Numbered from the stretch's first letter, positions 1 through 13,420 are shown. The stretch: DNA of 64,000 nucleotides from Intoshia linei (GCA_001642005.1 LWCA01000032.1:1-64000); one strand, 5' to 3'. The notes: generated by a model not told the origin, from the letters alone. Translations and numbers: made by a program.

Positions 1-585
1 ATTTTTACAAACATTTGGAAAATGATAGTGAATTATGTAAAAAAATAATTTCCACTGATAAATACCAACAAAATTAACATTTCATATTTTAAATTGTTAT
101 TTCTTTTTAAATTATTGAAAATTTCAAATTTTTAGAACTTTCAATTCCAATTTTAGTGTTCTTTTTGTTTCTAAGACATTTCCAAAAGTTCTTATTTAGT
201 ACTTATAAAATCTGGACACTCTAGATAAGAGCAACTTCACTATCAATATTTTTGAAAAACTGTTTTTGACATGGTGATTTCTATTCAAAAATAAACATTA
301 TCTACCTGTTACGTTTTGAAAAATCGCAAAATTTAAAATAAATGTGACACACTAATGTACAAATATATATATGCATTATGCGTTAAATTAACATTCAAAT
401 TTATGAAAAATTTTATGTGTTGACCGAGCCAAGAAATTATTACTTACAGTATTTTATTTTGTCAAATATCGTTAATATAAACATATCAAAATAAAACTTT
501 GTAAAATAAATTTAAAAAAATGAAATCAAATTGAAACTGCGAAATTTTAATTTCAAATTTTTTTATTTTAAGACAAATACATTCA

Positions 586-3500
586 ATGTCTAATATAAAA
601 AAGCTGGAAATTCAATCTATTCAATGCCTTTGTAATGGACAAGTAGTATCCAATTTGGCTTCACTTATCAAGGAATTAATTGAGAATAGTATTGATGCTT
701 CTGCCACGATTATAGGTTTTTTATCTATCTACCAATTTTTATTTATCACTAGCTTGACGGTGTACTTGGTACAATCATCAGTTAGTTCTGTAGAGGTCCA
801 CTTTTTAATTTTTATTTTTATCATTTTTAATTTGATTATAGATGATTATAGTGAGTGTATCAATTTATAATAGGATTATTTCGATTTTAAATTTTTACAA
901 TAAATATAAACTAATAAATATTGACTTAAAATATCAAAAAATCTCTTACTTAAAAACGAAGCCGAACCTACCATACTCGAAAACCCTAAAAAATTTTTTA
1001 AAATCATGCGTAATGGCATATACTTTTATCCACCTCTCCCGGCTATGTACGGGTCTAGATTTTAGACTTGACAGTTTAAACTTGACACAAAATAATATAC
1101 AATATTGAATAAAATTATGATATTTTATTATCTTTGATTATCTACAAAATTACAAATTGACATAACTTTGTTTTGTATTTCAATAAATTTTAAAAATAAA
1201 TTCAAATTTTATAATTTATGTAAAGTGGTTAGAAAAATACGTACTATCACTTTTAGTTTATTTGGAATAAAATTTAAGCCGAAAATTTTTATTCGTCATC
1301 ATTAATAAGTAGTTTTGGCTTTACATTTAACACCAAATGAACTAAAATTGATAGTACGTATTTTTCTGACCACTTTAAATTAACATTTAATTTATGAGAA
1401 ATTTTGTTTCTAGGTAACATTAAAATGTATAATTCTATGTATAAAATATGGCCCCACTAATTAGATTCCAAATTTAATTTTTTTTGGTGGGATACCCGTA
1501 CAGTAGGTTCGGCTCTTCTTAACATTGTTATTCAATATTGTACATTATTAGATGTTACATTGGAAGACCAAGGAATAACATCAATAAAAGTAGTTGACAA
1601 TGGGACAGGAATAGACAAAGTAAATTTTGATTTCATTTGCTTACCAAATTACACTTCAAAAATTGAAAACTACACGGATGTAACCAAATTGAATAGTCTG
1701 GGTTTCAGAGGAGAAGCATTGGCAGCAATATCAAACATGAGTAACATCATAATTACAACACGAACCGAAAAAATGGAATATGGAAACGAATTAACATTTA
1801 ATAATGACGGTGAATTGATACATTCAAAAATCGTTGCACGAAAAGTGGGTACAACAATATACATTACAAACATTTTTGAAAATTTTCCAGTTCGCAAAAA
1901 AGAATTGATGAGAAACATTAAAAGAGAATACACAAAATGTATAAATTTATTCAATCGATACGCCGTGTTAATTGACGAAATAAAATTTATACTAAACTCT
2001 ACAAATTCTAAAAACAAAACTAACAAATGCGTTTCATTTTCCAAGCAAAACTATGACTCGTTTCAAAATATTGTAGATGTATGTGGAACAAGTCAAACGA
2101 AAAACTTGTTAAAAGTTGACTACGTTTGTGAACCAGACTATGAATCAGAATCTCATATTGAAAAAATAGTTGGTTACATTTCACACCCTTTAAACGATTC
2201 AGCTCACAATTCTGCACACATGAGACAATTTCTATCCATAAATAATCGACCTTGTAAAATTACTGAAATTACAACAGCCATCAACAATGTATATAATCAA
2301 ATTGGGTTCAGTAGAAATCCATTTTTTTTGCTAAAAATTTTAATAAACTGTGAAAAAATTGATGTCAATTTAACTCCAGATAAAAGCAGTATTTTAGTTG
2401 ACGGCTTGGATCAACTTATTGACTTGATTCGGCACGTTATAGTAAAGGAATTGACTGTTTTTGTACAGAAAAAAGAATGTCCAATTGAAAATTCTTTTCG
2501 AAATTTAAATTCCACCATTAATTCGGATGGGAATGCGGATTCTTTAAATTTGGATTTTTCTAGAGATAATTCTAGTATTCTTAATTCAACAATGAATTTA
2601 GTGAATAAATATGGTGGTGGAAATATCCGTGATGATTACGATGAACAAAATGTTTCAAAACTTGATTTGGTTACTGGTCGTAAATTTAAACCAGAATTAA
2701 ATTTGCTAGAGTTTTTTAAAAGTAATAACGAATTCAGTTTACCAAAGAAACGTAAATGTGAGGTGGATGCTAAAAATAACGAGAGTGGTAATGTACCTTT
2801 TCAATTTGATTTAAATCATTTTAATGTAGAAATTAGTCCGAAAAAAATAGTAGGTTTGAACAAGTCATGCCATATTAATGATGCAGCGTTGAAACCGGTT
2901 AAAATCATTGAAAATTATGAAAATTGTACTGGATCGTTTCGACCAAGTTTAGTCAGTAAAATTGATACAATTTCTGAATCGGTGAATGTTGATAGTAACG
3001 GACTAGTTTTAAAAGGGATTGATCAATCTAATGACAAGATTAATATTTTGAGTCGAACGTTAGATATGAATCGGGATAATTTGCCAGATTTATCAGTAAA
3101 TGTAATTTTATTTTTAAGATAAAGGTAATTTGTCGTTTTGACGATGAAGATGTGCGTTTCTGAGGCTGAAATTTACGATAATATTAATGAATTTAAAACG
3201 CGTTCCCAAAATTTTTATTTTATTATATTTTTGGGCTGATTTTATTTTTAAACAAAAGGGAAAATTGGATTTTTTACCCGAAGGACTCAAATTCGGTAAA
3301 CGAAACAGATATAAACACCATCTGCGAAAAACGGTATTAGAATTTGGTTTTTTTAAATAATAGGTAACACACACTAAATTGGATTACAGTTTACTTGAAA
3401 CTGTTTCTGGTATTTGCAAAAAATTTTAAATTCCAAATTTTGATTAATATTGAATGGAGGCTTAACTGTGATTAATGTAATTATAATTTCATCAAATTTT

Positions 3501-6500
3501 AGGGTTTGGAGAGAATTTATAAAAGGAGTGTAACAAATGAAATTGAAGATACTTTTGAAGCAATAGAATCACAATTTTATCATAATTTAAAGGATAATCA
3601 GTGTAATGAAGGTATTTTTTTGATTTGTTTAAATTTTAAGCCAAAATTATGAATTTGAGCGTTTAAAAAATTTTAATCTACTGATTTAATTAACCTGTTA
3701 GTCTTTTTATTTGTTTATAAAATGGTAATATGCGTGTTTGACCATGAAAATGCAGAGTTGTAAGCTTGAAATTTGTGATAAACTGGCGACAAGCAACAAT
3801 GTCTTAGAATTATGTATTTAAATTGTAATAATTTTTTTATTACTCTGCAAAACTCAATTTCTGAAACTGAAACTTACAAAAAAACATCACTTTCGGAAGA
3901 CTATTAGAAAGAGGAATTTTTTAAATTCTAGGACTTTAATTTAAATAAACGTTAACACATACACACATTAGGGCTGTTCAAAAAAAAATTAGCACATGAG
4001 CAGAGAGTATTATTAGAGAGTTCGTATTACTTTTTTTATTTATTTTATTATTAATTTTTGCTAATTATACATTTTGGAATTTTCATATTTGACGAATATT
4101 ACAAAAACTTTTTTTTATGGAAAAAACGCTTTGTGAGATTAAATATTTTATTTTTTTACTCCAAATTTGGTATATGTCTTAATGGGTCGTACATTAATCG
4201 TATCCATGTTTAAATTAAAATTATTGGCGCCAATTAAGAAAAAGGGGGAAAGCGCGCTAAAACCTTAAAAAGGAAAACCACTTAATGTTTTTACGGTAAA
4301 TTTTTTTAAAAAATATATTTTTTAGGTGTTTTTAAGTTTGAGTACCTTCTTCAGAGTGGTATAGGGTATTTTCAACAAAAATCTATTTTTGTAAAAAACG
4401 AACAGCCGTAACACACATACATTGATTTCATATACATATTGTAAGACTTAAAATCTAAGTAAAGGATGGTTATCGGTGACACAAACATTTAATTCATTTA
4501 TTTTAGAGAATATTCTTAAACCCATCCACTTTTACTAACCTTTAATGGAAAAATCGAGTTTTACTAAACCTTAAGGGAAAACTGGATTATTCCCTTAAGG
4601 GTTGGTAAAACTGGATTTTTCCCTTAAAGGTTGATAAAACTGGAATTCTCCCTAAAGGGTTTTTAAAACCGAATTTTTTTTTTAGGGTTGGTAACACTGG
4701 ATTTTTCCTTTTAAAGTTGGTAAAACTGAATTTTGCCTTTTAGTGTTGGTAAATTTTGATTTTTAGTAAAAATGGTTGGATTTATGTAGACACCTTTAAT
4801 TGTATAAAAGTAAGATTTCTGCAGAAAAGTATTTAGTTTTTAACTAGCTATTTTGATTAAAGATTTATGAATGTTATTGAAATTAATTGATACAAATTTA
4901 TAATTTTAGCTAGTGAAAATTTATCCGTGTCACCTGGCGAAGGTTGTATTATTCCAGCTATTGAAAGTGATTTGAATAAATTACAAAACTTTACATTTAG
5001 GTATAAATATATTATTGTTATTAGGATGTCCTAGGTATTATTACTGTTTCGCTAGGACTGAAAAGTATTTTTCAGTATCATTTGGTGATTATTATTTAGT
5101 ATTTGAAATATTAGACTACAATTTTCCAATTTGAGTTAACTGAGTGACCAGGATATTTAAATTAAAATCACTTCTATAGACAAATAACTTAACCAATAGT
5201 AAAATTTTTAAATGGGTAACAGAATTAAAGCATTATGTTAATACACCGATAAAAATGGATCAATGTAACGCATTTTTTAAATTTATGTAAAATTTTTAGC
5301 TTGTAATTCAATATCGATAATATTTTTTTCAACATATTTAGAGTATTATTACATTTCTGTCATGTAGTGAAAAAATTGTAAATTGGTCAAGTATTATGTA
5401 TGAAAAGTGATTTTAGTTATACAAAATATATTTAAAAATTTTAAAATTATGAAAAATAAACATAAATTAAAAAAATTATCTTGATCGTCCAGCTAAATTG
5501 CAAAAGTGTGATTTAATAATTAAGATACTGATTAAGAATTACTCAATGTAAAGATTCTGATTTTTCTTCAATTTTTTAATATCAAAATGGGACACTCTAA
5601 TAATAAGTATAATTGTCTTTTTGTATTTCATGCCAATTTTTTTAGAATATCGGATTTTGATAAACTCAAAATAATCGGGCAAGTAAATAATTTTATGTTG
5701 TAGACTTGAAATTTTGGTCCTGGATAATTCACAAAATTCTAAACACAAAATCTGTGAATTTTCGATATGGCCTGCAAAAATTAAGTCATCTGAAAATTTA
5801 AGACTTAAATGTATCAAGATATAAAGTGTAGAACTACACTGTAGATTGAAACTAAAAGTTATCAAGTCAATTCCGTTTATTATGATAATTATCATTAAGT
5901 TTACTATTTTAATTTTATTTTATTAGTTTAATCGAGGATTTATTTTGGCGAAATTGGACAATAATGTATATTTAATTGATCAACATGCTTCTGATGAAAT
6001 TTACAACTTTGAAAATACTCACTTCAATATGACTAGTCAAATATTAATAAAGTAGTGCATAAACGAGTTCTGCAACACGGACTAAGTACGACCCGACACA
6101 ATCCAAATACGACCCCATATTTGTATTGGTGTTCCGATTAAATTTAGTTTGCTATTGTTATTTATCAAATTTTAAAGTTTTGCTTCAGACTTTGGGTCGT
6201 GTTGAACAACTGTGATGCATAATAATGTGTTATTTGACTCTAAAATGCATATACAGGCTAATTATTAAAATATAGACCTATTATTGTCGAAATTGGTTCC
6301 TTTGATAAGTCAATAATATCTGAATATAGTCAAGTATTTGTGAAAAATGGATTTAATTTTAGTCTTAAAAATGGTATAAATTTTAATTGAAATTCATGCT
6401 TTCGTATTATTTTTTATTTAGAATCTGCACTTTTGAATCGTATTCCTGAATACAACGGTCAAATTTTTAATGAAAATGGTAATTAATTTATACACGGCCG

Positions 6501-8272
6501 ACAATAAATAGATGACAAGAATTATTAAGTTGTAATAAATATACATTGTACAACCGAACCTACTATAAATATAGCTTTGGACGGGACCTTGACAAAATTT
6601 TAGTTAAATGGCCTAATTTATACAAATTGAGCATTAAAAAAATTATGTGTTTGAATATTAGTATCATTGAATCATAAAGGCTGATTTGTTCGAATTACAT
6701 AAAATTTGAGCTAGTTAAAAAAGAATTTTTCATGTAAAATGTTTGACCAGTGATTAATGGTATGTATTTTCAAATTTTATTTATTATTTTATTAGATTTT
6801 AAAACGCTTGTGGAATTGATATCTGAATCATCGAGTGTATTACACAAATAAATGTATTTTACAATTTTAATTTAATTTTAGAAGGAAAATGTTATTTTAC
6901 CAAAAATTCGCGATATTTTTGCTACGAAAGCTTGCAGAAAATCTATAATGATTGGCGACCCACTCAATTTTGATCAAATGCAAAAAGTGCATTTAAAATT
7001 ATTAATATTAATAAAAAAATTTAGATAATCAAAAACCTGGGAACATTGAAGTCACCATGGGTAAATCTTAAATATATATGCATTAGGTTGACTGTTATGT
7101 AATTTTAATTACAGTAATGTTTCGATTATGAATAATGTACAACGTTAAATTTTAGTTTATTTAGAAACAATTTTAAGCCAAAAATATTTTTTGCAATCAT
7201 AGATATGTAATTTTGACTTTACATTTAACTCCAAATAAACTAAAATTTAACATTTTATATTATTCATAATCGAAACATTACTGTAATTAAAATTGTAATA
7301 GATATAAAAATGATAATAACAAAGTTGTATTCATTTTAGTAATCGTTGTTGTAGTTTTAATTTAAATTTTATACTAAATGTTTTGAAAATAAGAATTTGA
7401 GATATAAAAATTGCATAGCAATGAAAAAAATTCCGAAGGAATGAATTATATAGATTTTCACCCATATTTCTTTATTGAAAATTAGCAGGATCAATATTTT
7501 CCATTTTTATTTTAATCGAAATATTTAAAAAATATTGATTGAAAATATATTAAAAATTATTTTTCACCCGGAATGTGTAGATTTCTGGGGTTGAAATTTT
7601 GTATTTATATCAACTGGAATAAGATCACAATGATGTTTTTTTTAATTTTCAGACTATTAATTATTTCACATTTTTTGTTTTAATAAAATATTTCGAAAAA
7701 AAATATATGAAAATTAAATGCTTTTTTTGACTGTGAAGGCGTCACTTATTCAGACTGAAATTTTTTGTGTGTGTTAACAGGATACAACTGTACCACCTGT
7801 AATTATTTTTAAATTCTAGAGCTGTTTTCATTAAAAAAAAAGGTTCATTTGGGTTTTGGCCTTGAAGATATATTTAGTTTAAATTTAAATCCGTATCAGG
7901 GTGTATATTTTTTAAATTCTCGAACTCGTTTTATTTTCAAAAAAAAGGACAATTGGGCTTTTTTACCCGTAAGATATGAGTTTATGAGGTTGAATTTATT
8001 TTGCTAACACCTCTGGAAAAAACTAATTCAAATGTAGACTTTATAAAAATCTAAGACGAAATATAAAAACGAAACAATAAATGGTTATATGAAAAGGGAG
8101 TAAGATACATATAACTTAGTTGTTGGGAAAGTGCAGGTCGATATAATGTATCCTTTATATATTTATTATTATGGGCCATAATTTATGACACATTTTAAAG
8201 TATTTTTAGAATTGCCCTCATGGACGCCCCACGATACGCCATTTGATGGATATTCAAAATTTGGTGTATTAA
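586..8272 (+). CDS. PMS2: Mismatch-repair endonuclease PMS2 (MutL-alpha subunit), about 12 exons
   Basis: Exons approx. 586-715, 1552-~3095, 3503-3611, 4910-5000, 5646-5682, 5927-6051, 6276-6373, 6422-6478, 6796-~6836, 6882-6986, 7025-7060, 8210-8272. GHKL ATPase motifs KELIENSIDA, DNGTGI and GFRGEAL are present. The C-terminus has IIGQ|FNRGFI, DQHASDEIYNFE (DQHA-x2-E-x4-E), ACR and PW|NCPHGRP, all diagnostic of PMS2. Confidence 0.95.
950..1522. mobile_element. MITE with GAGCCGAACCTAC-type inverted ends bounded by TTAA, in PMS2 intron 1
   Basis: TTAAAAACGAAGCCGAACCTAC at 950-971 is inverted against GTAGGTTCGGCTCTTCTTAA at 1503-1522. Related ends occur near 6555, 9476-9645, 50655-50873 and 60753. 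Confidence 0.5.
1221..1377. mobile_element. Palindromic MITE nested in the element above
   Basis: TAAAGTGGTTAGAAAAATACGTACTATCA is inverted against TGATAGTACGTATTTTTCTGACCACTTTA. The core is shared with 7101-7294 and 61670-61815. Confidence 0.75.
3969..4410. mobile_element. hAT-type MITE (TAGGGCTGTTC ends) with 8-bp TSD
   Basis: Ends are TAGGGCTGTTC...GAACAGCCGTA, flanked by the perfect direct repeat ACACACAT (3961-3968 and 4411-4418). Confidence 0.8.
4521..4782. repeat. Minisatellite or foldback array of ~32-bp units (GGTTGGTAAAACTGGATTTTTCCCTTAAAG)
   Basis: About 6 forward units are preceded by about 2 inverted units. The outer ends CCATCCACTTTTACTAA and TTAGTAAAAATGGTTGG are inverted. 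Related units occur near 61525-61660. Confidence 0.75.
7083..8052 (-). mobile_element. Non-autonomous Helitron copy interrupted by a palindromic MITE (7101-7294)
   Basis: The 3' end TAGGTTGACTGTTATGTA is at 7084. Internal modules are shared with the copies at 24573, 30851, 45171 and 55470. Confidence 0.65.
7101..7294. mobile_element. Palindromic pogo/Tc1-like MITE (TA|CAGTAATGTTTCGATTATGAAT)
   Basis: Long near-perfect inverted arms, with CAGT...ACTG ends inside TA dinucleotides. Confidence 0.75.
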
Positions 8273-8476
8273 TCTTGTAATATAAATTTCATCTATGAAA
8301 TCATTTATGCAATGATTCACTTTAGGTATTTTACCTTGAATGTTGTAATATAATAAATTATTGTATATTATGATTGTTTATAAATTGTAGTACAACTGTT
8401 ATGATAAGTTTCATGGTATAAATATGAAAAGTTAAATAAATAAATCTATATTTGTACAACAACAAAAAAATAAAAA

Positions 8477-8830
8477 TTAAACATAATTAACGGCTCCACA
8501 AGTAATACATTCAAACATTTCTCCTAAAGATTCATTGTCAGAATTTAGAGTTTCACAGCGACAGCAAATTTTTTTATCATGGTCTTTTGAATATCCGTGT
8601 ATAATGTCAATTGATTTTGAAATTTCTTGTTGTGTATTGGCGTCATAATTTCTTCGAATTTTTTGGTTTTTACCAATAAGACTATAAGCGTCATTAATTT
8701 GTTTCATTCCGCTATCATCAATTTTAGATATTTTGTCTGGATGCATTTTCATGGCTTTTTTGTAATAATTCTTACGTATTGTATTCATTGAATCACCCAT
8801 CTCAGAATTTAACGTTTTATATGGGTCCAT
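8477..8830 (-). CDS. DNAJC24: DPH4/DNAJC24 homolog: J-domain plus CSL-type zinc finger (diphthamide synthesis), intronless, about 117 aa
   Basis: Starts MDPYKTL. It has a J-domain with HPDK and INDAYSLI...R.NYD, and a C-terminal C-R-C...C-x2-C (CCRCE...ECITCG). Confidence 0.8.
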   Translation of the reverse strand: MDPYKTLNSEMGDSMNTIRKNYYKKAMKMHPDKISKIDDSGMKQINDAYSLIGKNQKIRRNYDANTQQEISKSIDIIHGYSKDHDKKICCRCETLNSDNESLGEMFECITCGAVNYV

Positions 8831-9042
8831 TTTTATTAACAAGTTTTCAAATTTGAGCGATAATGTATAACATTTTGAAAATGAAAAGGTTATTCTAAAT
8901 TGTCAATTTATAATTCTGTATCATAGAAATTAATTTGTAATACTTCCTAAGGGTCTTATTCAGTTAACCTCTTTGTAATTTTGAAACTATTTTATTGAAC
9001 GTTGCAAAATAGTCTTGAATAAGAATTGATTCAAATTTTGAA
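8831..9042. promoter_or_regulatory. Probable bidirectional promoter between DPH4 and RMND1
   Basis: The divergent ATGs at 8830 (-) and 9043 (+) are only 212 bp apart. This is inferred from gene layout only. Confidence 0.5.
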
Positions 9043-12000
9043 ATGATTAAAATTGGAAATTTTTTTTCCTCTGTTACTTGGAAACGAATACACAAATCAC
9101 ACGTAATATTTTACGTTTATATATGTTTCTAAAACTTTTGAGGCTGGATCTCGCAATAAATTAAAAAATGTATGTTTCCCTACGAAAAAAATGACATTTT
9201 TCACAAGCACTATACCAACTACTATGATAATAAGCCTTACTAGACCTGTAATCCCAAAAAAATATTATTGTCTACACTCCTATCTGTATTGAAATATTTT
9301 TTTTTCATTATTTTTTAAAAAAATACGTTTTTAGTATTCTCTTTATGCGTATTCGACTGCCGATTCATATGACCTGAATTATATTAAAAGGAACAAATTT
9401 TTAAGCAATATAGCTTGCAATGTTCCTTACCCTACAGGTAATATAGTACAATGTAAATTGTACATTTGCAATGTAGAGCCGAACTTTACATGTCCGGGAC
9501 CCTCGTCAGAGCCTCATTTCCAGTAATTATTATTTTAAATATAAGAGTGTCAAATTTAAACGTTTTGGACAAGTAGATAGGGAGTTGCGAATACGTTTTT
9601 AAAATCTATTTTTAATTTGGGATCGAGCATTGTCGGTTCGGCTTAGTCATATGGTGCTATATAGTAAAGTTTATTAGATATCAAATCTATAAATTTTATG
9701 GTAAAACCTACAGATAATACTAGTTTCAAAGACAGAGGGAATATTATATTTTTTAGGTAATTTTATTTACATTATATATTAGGCCTAGACCAGGGGTGCA
9801 CAATGTACGGCCGTGGACAATACATCTGATCATAATGCAATATATCATTTTACTTCAAATTGAAAAGTTAAAATGAAATTTTATTCAAGGTCTATTTAGA
9901 ATATTTTAATCAAAAAGTTACATTCTTGACTTTGCCCCAGTTTCTCAAATGTTAGCGAAGGGCACACAAAATCAAGGCAGTCACTTATATCTTTTTTATG
10001 TCATTATTAATATTTACATATTTTTTATATCTTCCACTTTAATGTATCAACAAATCGGTTTTTAATGGAACTTTTTTCTGTTGTCCAATTATTATTAATT
10101 ATTTACCGAAAAATTAATGATTAATGTTTTTTCAAAAAAATATTAGTAAAAGGAGATTTTTCAAATTTTTAATTTTAATTGAAAATTATTAATTAAAACT
10201 TGCTGATATTAAAATTTAAAGAAAACTATTTTATTAGACTATAAATTTAAGTCCAGAGTAAACTTTCTCAATGGCGGAGTAAATTTTGTGCGGCCGTAGT
10301 ATCAATGAGAAAAGTAGAATTGTGGCTGAATTGGTGGAAATATTGTGCACCCCTGGCCTATACCATATCCGTCCAGAGTTATCCAATGGAGATTGATATT
10401 TTTTAAAACTAAAATTACTCAATTTCTAAACCCTGGTACATGATATATCATATATGGATTTGTATTGAATATTAGGGGGGCGTAATCGATACAAATGCTT
10501 TTATCGATAAATCATTTAAAAATCTAAACTAACATCACTGTACAGTAAAATAATTAACTATGCTCTGATTTAAAAGAATTTTTCTCTAAATGGTGGTAAA
10601 AGTGGATTTTCTAAAAATTAATTTATAGAAAATAAATAATATATTGACAAGAATATTTTTTTTGTTAAAAAAATTAAACGAAACATTTTTATCGATTGTC
10701 AGCACTATCGGAAAAGTTAATCCAATATACAATAAAATGGTCATTCATGAATCATGCTTTTCCATCAGGGTTAATAGATGAACAGTTATGGACTACTGGC
10801 TAAGAGTACTATGTAGAGTACAGAATAAATTTTATTAATAAAATTTGGATTCTACCGCCAATCACGAATAAAAATGTTAAATCGCATATACGCGTTTACG
10901 ATCAAAAAATAAAAAAAATATGTATTTTTTGACTCATATCAATATGGGTTATTTAAATTAGATAAATATTAGTCACATATAAAATATGCAGTATTTCAAA
11001 TTGATTGAATGTTTAATGCTGTACTTTCAAATTGTTAACTTTTATAAATTATCTACGATTAATTATCTATAAATTATAATTGATATCATTGTAATAATTC
11101 TTTGGCTAGGAATGGATCTGTCGTATTTTGGAATATTCGTAAAGACGTGGTAATTTATGTTAATATTTAAATCTGTGTTTCCCAACCTTTCACTCAGGAA
11201 AATTCCAGGTCCACAAATGATCAAAAAATGACCTAACGGTCACAAATTACTTTTTTTTTTAAATAAATACTGAAATCAATCCTAAAATTTTAAAAAACAT
11301 AAATTCTGGGACGCGTTTTAATATCATTAGTATTGTCGTAAATCTCAACCTCAGAAGGTTACATATTCATGTTCAAACCCCCAAATTAGGCGTTTTTTGA
11401 AAAATGAAGAAAGTTACAGCATTTTATAAGACATAAATTCTCGATATTTTTAAAAATAATGAGCATTATCATAAATCACATCAAAAACTTAAAATCAATC
11501 TAAAAGGCGACTCTCGGCAGATCTCTACTATATATAGTATTGTAGTATTCAACAAAATTAACATTACATTAACGTAAAGTTTTCATATTTCCAAGGCACC
11601 ACAAAAATATCACGGCCCCATCAGTGGGTCTATACCCAACGTTAGGAATAACTGGTTTAAATTTAAATTTTCAATCAAAATTTTATATATTTTTGATTTA
11701 GAGAACCAAAATATTGTCTACTGTTATACATGAAGCGAGTGATTTTCCTTATAAAAAATGCATCAATGTCAAAGAAGCAGAACATTTTATCTATGAATAC
11801 GATGGGTAATTTTACAATGGAGAAATTGAATTGATTAACTCCTAGTTCAGGAAATTCAAAGAATTTAGTTAACCTAAAAGACGGTAGAATTTATTTAAAA
11901 GATGCCGCAGAAAATGAAAAAATTCAAATAAATTTGAATTTAATCATTTATTGTCTCTCTGATGCTATATCCTTATCCGGTAATTGATAATTACAATTAA

Positions 12001-13420
12001 TTCTCAAAATGTTACTTTTTAATCGTCTTTCTAGACACATTTCCACTTTTTTCTTTACCAAAAATCTATATGGTACAACTGTCTGTTTTAATGTTAATTT
12101 AGTTAAACTATCTGTACTTGAGTCTCAATTAAGGACTTTTATCAAATCTATTGAAAACGTAAAAAATGTAAATTACTTTTTTATTTATTTACAACTATCA
12201 ATTGTCATAATCAAATTGTTATATTGATTAATATTTCAATATATTTTAGAATTTAAAAACATCTAAAAATATTGAAATTTCTAGAAGAAAAATCTTAATG
12301 AAGGCGGGAGAATTGTTAGATATTAGGTAATTTACAGTTGATTTACGACTTAAATGTACGTGTATGCCAGGGTTTTCAAAATTACTGTAAATATTGAACT
12401 ACCTGATTAAATCACACATTTACAGTACACTCATTATTTATTATGTTTAGACATTCAACTAATCTAAATATTGATTTAATTGATTTACCAGATACGTATT
12501 GGGACAGACCTGTTTTAGAAAAATATTTTTTGACCATGAAATATCATCTCAATATTTCTCAACGGGTTAAAGTAAATTTATTTATTAATCATCTATAATT
12601 ATAGAATCTATTGTAATAGATTATATATTGGCAGTATTTCTTAGTGGTAAGGAATGTCTAAGATGTTTAATAAATTATATATATTGCTTTCCAAAATAAT
12701 GTGACACGGGACTAGTTTTTTTTTCATGTAACCAGTAAACTTTCAAACCCCAAAAATGAACTACTTAATAATGTAATGGGGCTTACATGTTATAAAGAAA
12801 GTTTTATAGATACTTTTATATATAGTAATTAATTATAATAATAATATACAACGAAATGCATTTCTTATGTAACCTTGTGGTTCTGTTACACTAATTTTGG
12901 AAACTAGCAGAAAGTATTCTAATTTTGAACCACTAAGTGATATTACATTGTAAAAATACAGTATTCTCTCTATAACTCGCCATTCTTGGGATTTCGACAA
13001 AATTGGCGAGATATAGAATATAAAGTGCAGATAAAACCTTAAAATTAAAATTGTAAATAAAATGCAATTTGCAATACAAATTGTAAAATTTAATACAAAA
13101 TAACCTAACTTATTTTGAAAAATGATTTTAAAACTTTTAGTTTATATTTTAAATTAATGGCGAGAATACTGTACTTGCAATTTTTAAAAAAATAATATTT
13201 CAGGTTATTAATGATAAAATGAACTACTGTACTGATATAATCGACCTTGCTAGAAGTCATTCTAATGACCAACATCATATTCGATTAGAAATTATGATTA
13301 TTGTGCTAATTAGCATCGAAGTATGATTTACAAAAATATGTATATTTATTACTGGTTTATTATAAATAGTTAGCAATTTTTTCATATTTATTTTCATTTT
13401 ATAAATTAAAATTATTATGA
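9043..13420 (+). CDS. RMND1: RMND1 (DUF155 family, mitochondrial translation factor), about 12 exons
   Basis: Spliced exons give YAYSTADSYDL, IIFFRNGSVVFWN, SVKLSVLE, ILMKAGELLDIRH, DLPDTYWDRPVLE, LNISQRVKVINDKMNYC and HHIRLEIMIIVLISIE, matching RMND1 motifs. The basic, Ser/Thr-rich N-terminus (9043-9102, 9143-9247) looks like a mitochondrial presequence. The start codon is less certain. Confidence 0.88.
9791..10355. mobile_element. hAT (Charlie/Buster-like) MITE with CAGGGGTGCACAA TIRs
   Basis: TIRs are CAGGGGTGCACAAT...ATTGTGCACCCCTG. The 8-bp TSD is GCCTAGAC/GCCTATAC with a central TA. Confidence 0.85.
11173..11654. mobile_element. Degenerate hAT MITE (CAGTGTTTCCCAAC type)
   Basis: Ends are CTGTGTTTCCCAAC...GTTAGGAATAACTG, with TSD ATTTAAAT/GTTTAAAT. 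Confidence 0.55.
12959..13171. mobile_element. pogo/Tigger-like MITE
   Basis: TA|CAGTATTCTCTCTATAACTCGCC...GGCGAGAATACTG|TA. A second copy lies in inverted orientation at ~35239-35490. Confidence 0.75.

Noticed and set aside
842-1108. Short AT-rich ORFs in the track (e.g. 842-1108, 3114-3374, 5539-5895, 24737-24991, 47268-47579, 61819-62064)
   Set aside because: They lie in introns or repeats or are antisense to exons, with low-complexity F/I/K/L/N composition and no recognisable motifs.
4521-4782. Regularly spaced ~32-bp repeats as a possible CRISPR array
   Set aside because: The units are contiguous with no unique spacers, there are no cas genes, and the array lies in a eukaryotic intron.
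5342-5390. Apparent PMS2 exon ending ...KL*IGQ, suggesting an in-frame stop, readthrough or a pseudogene
   Set aside because: A clean exon at 5646-5682 (RISDFDKLKIIGQ) has the right phases and better homology, so PMS2 is intact.
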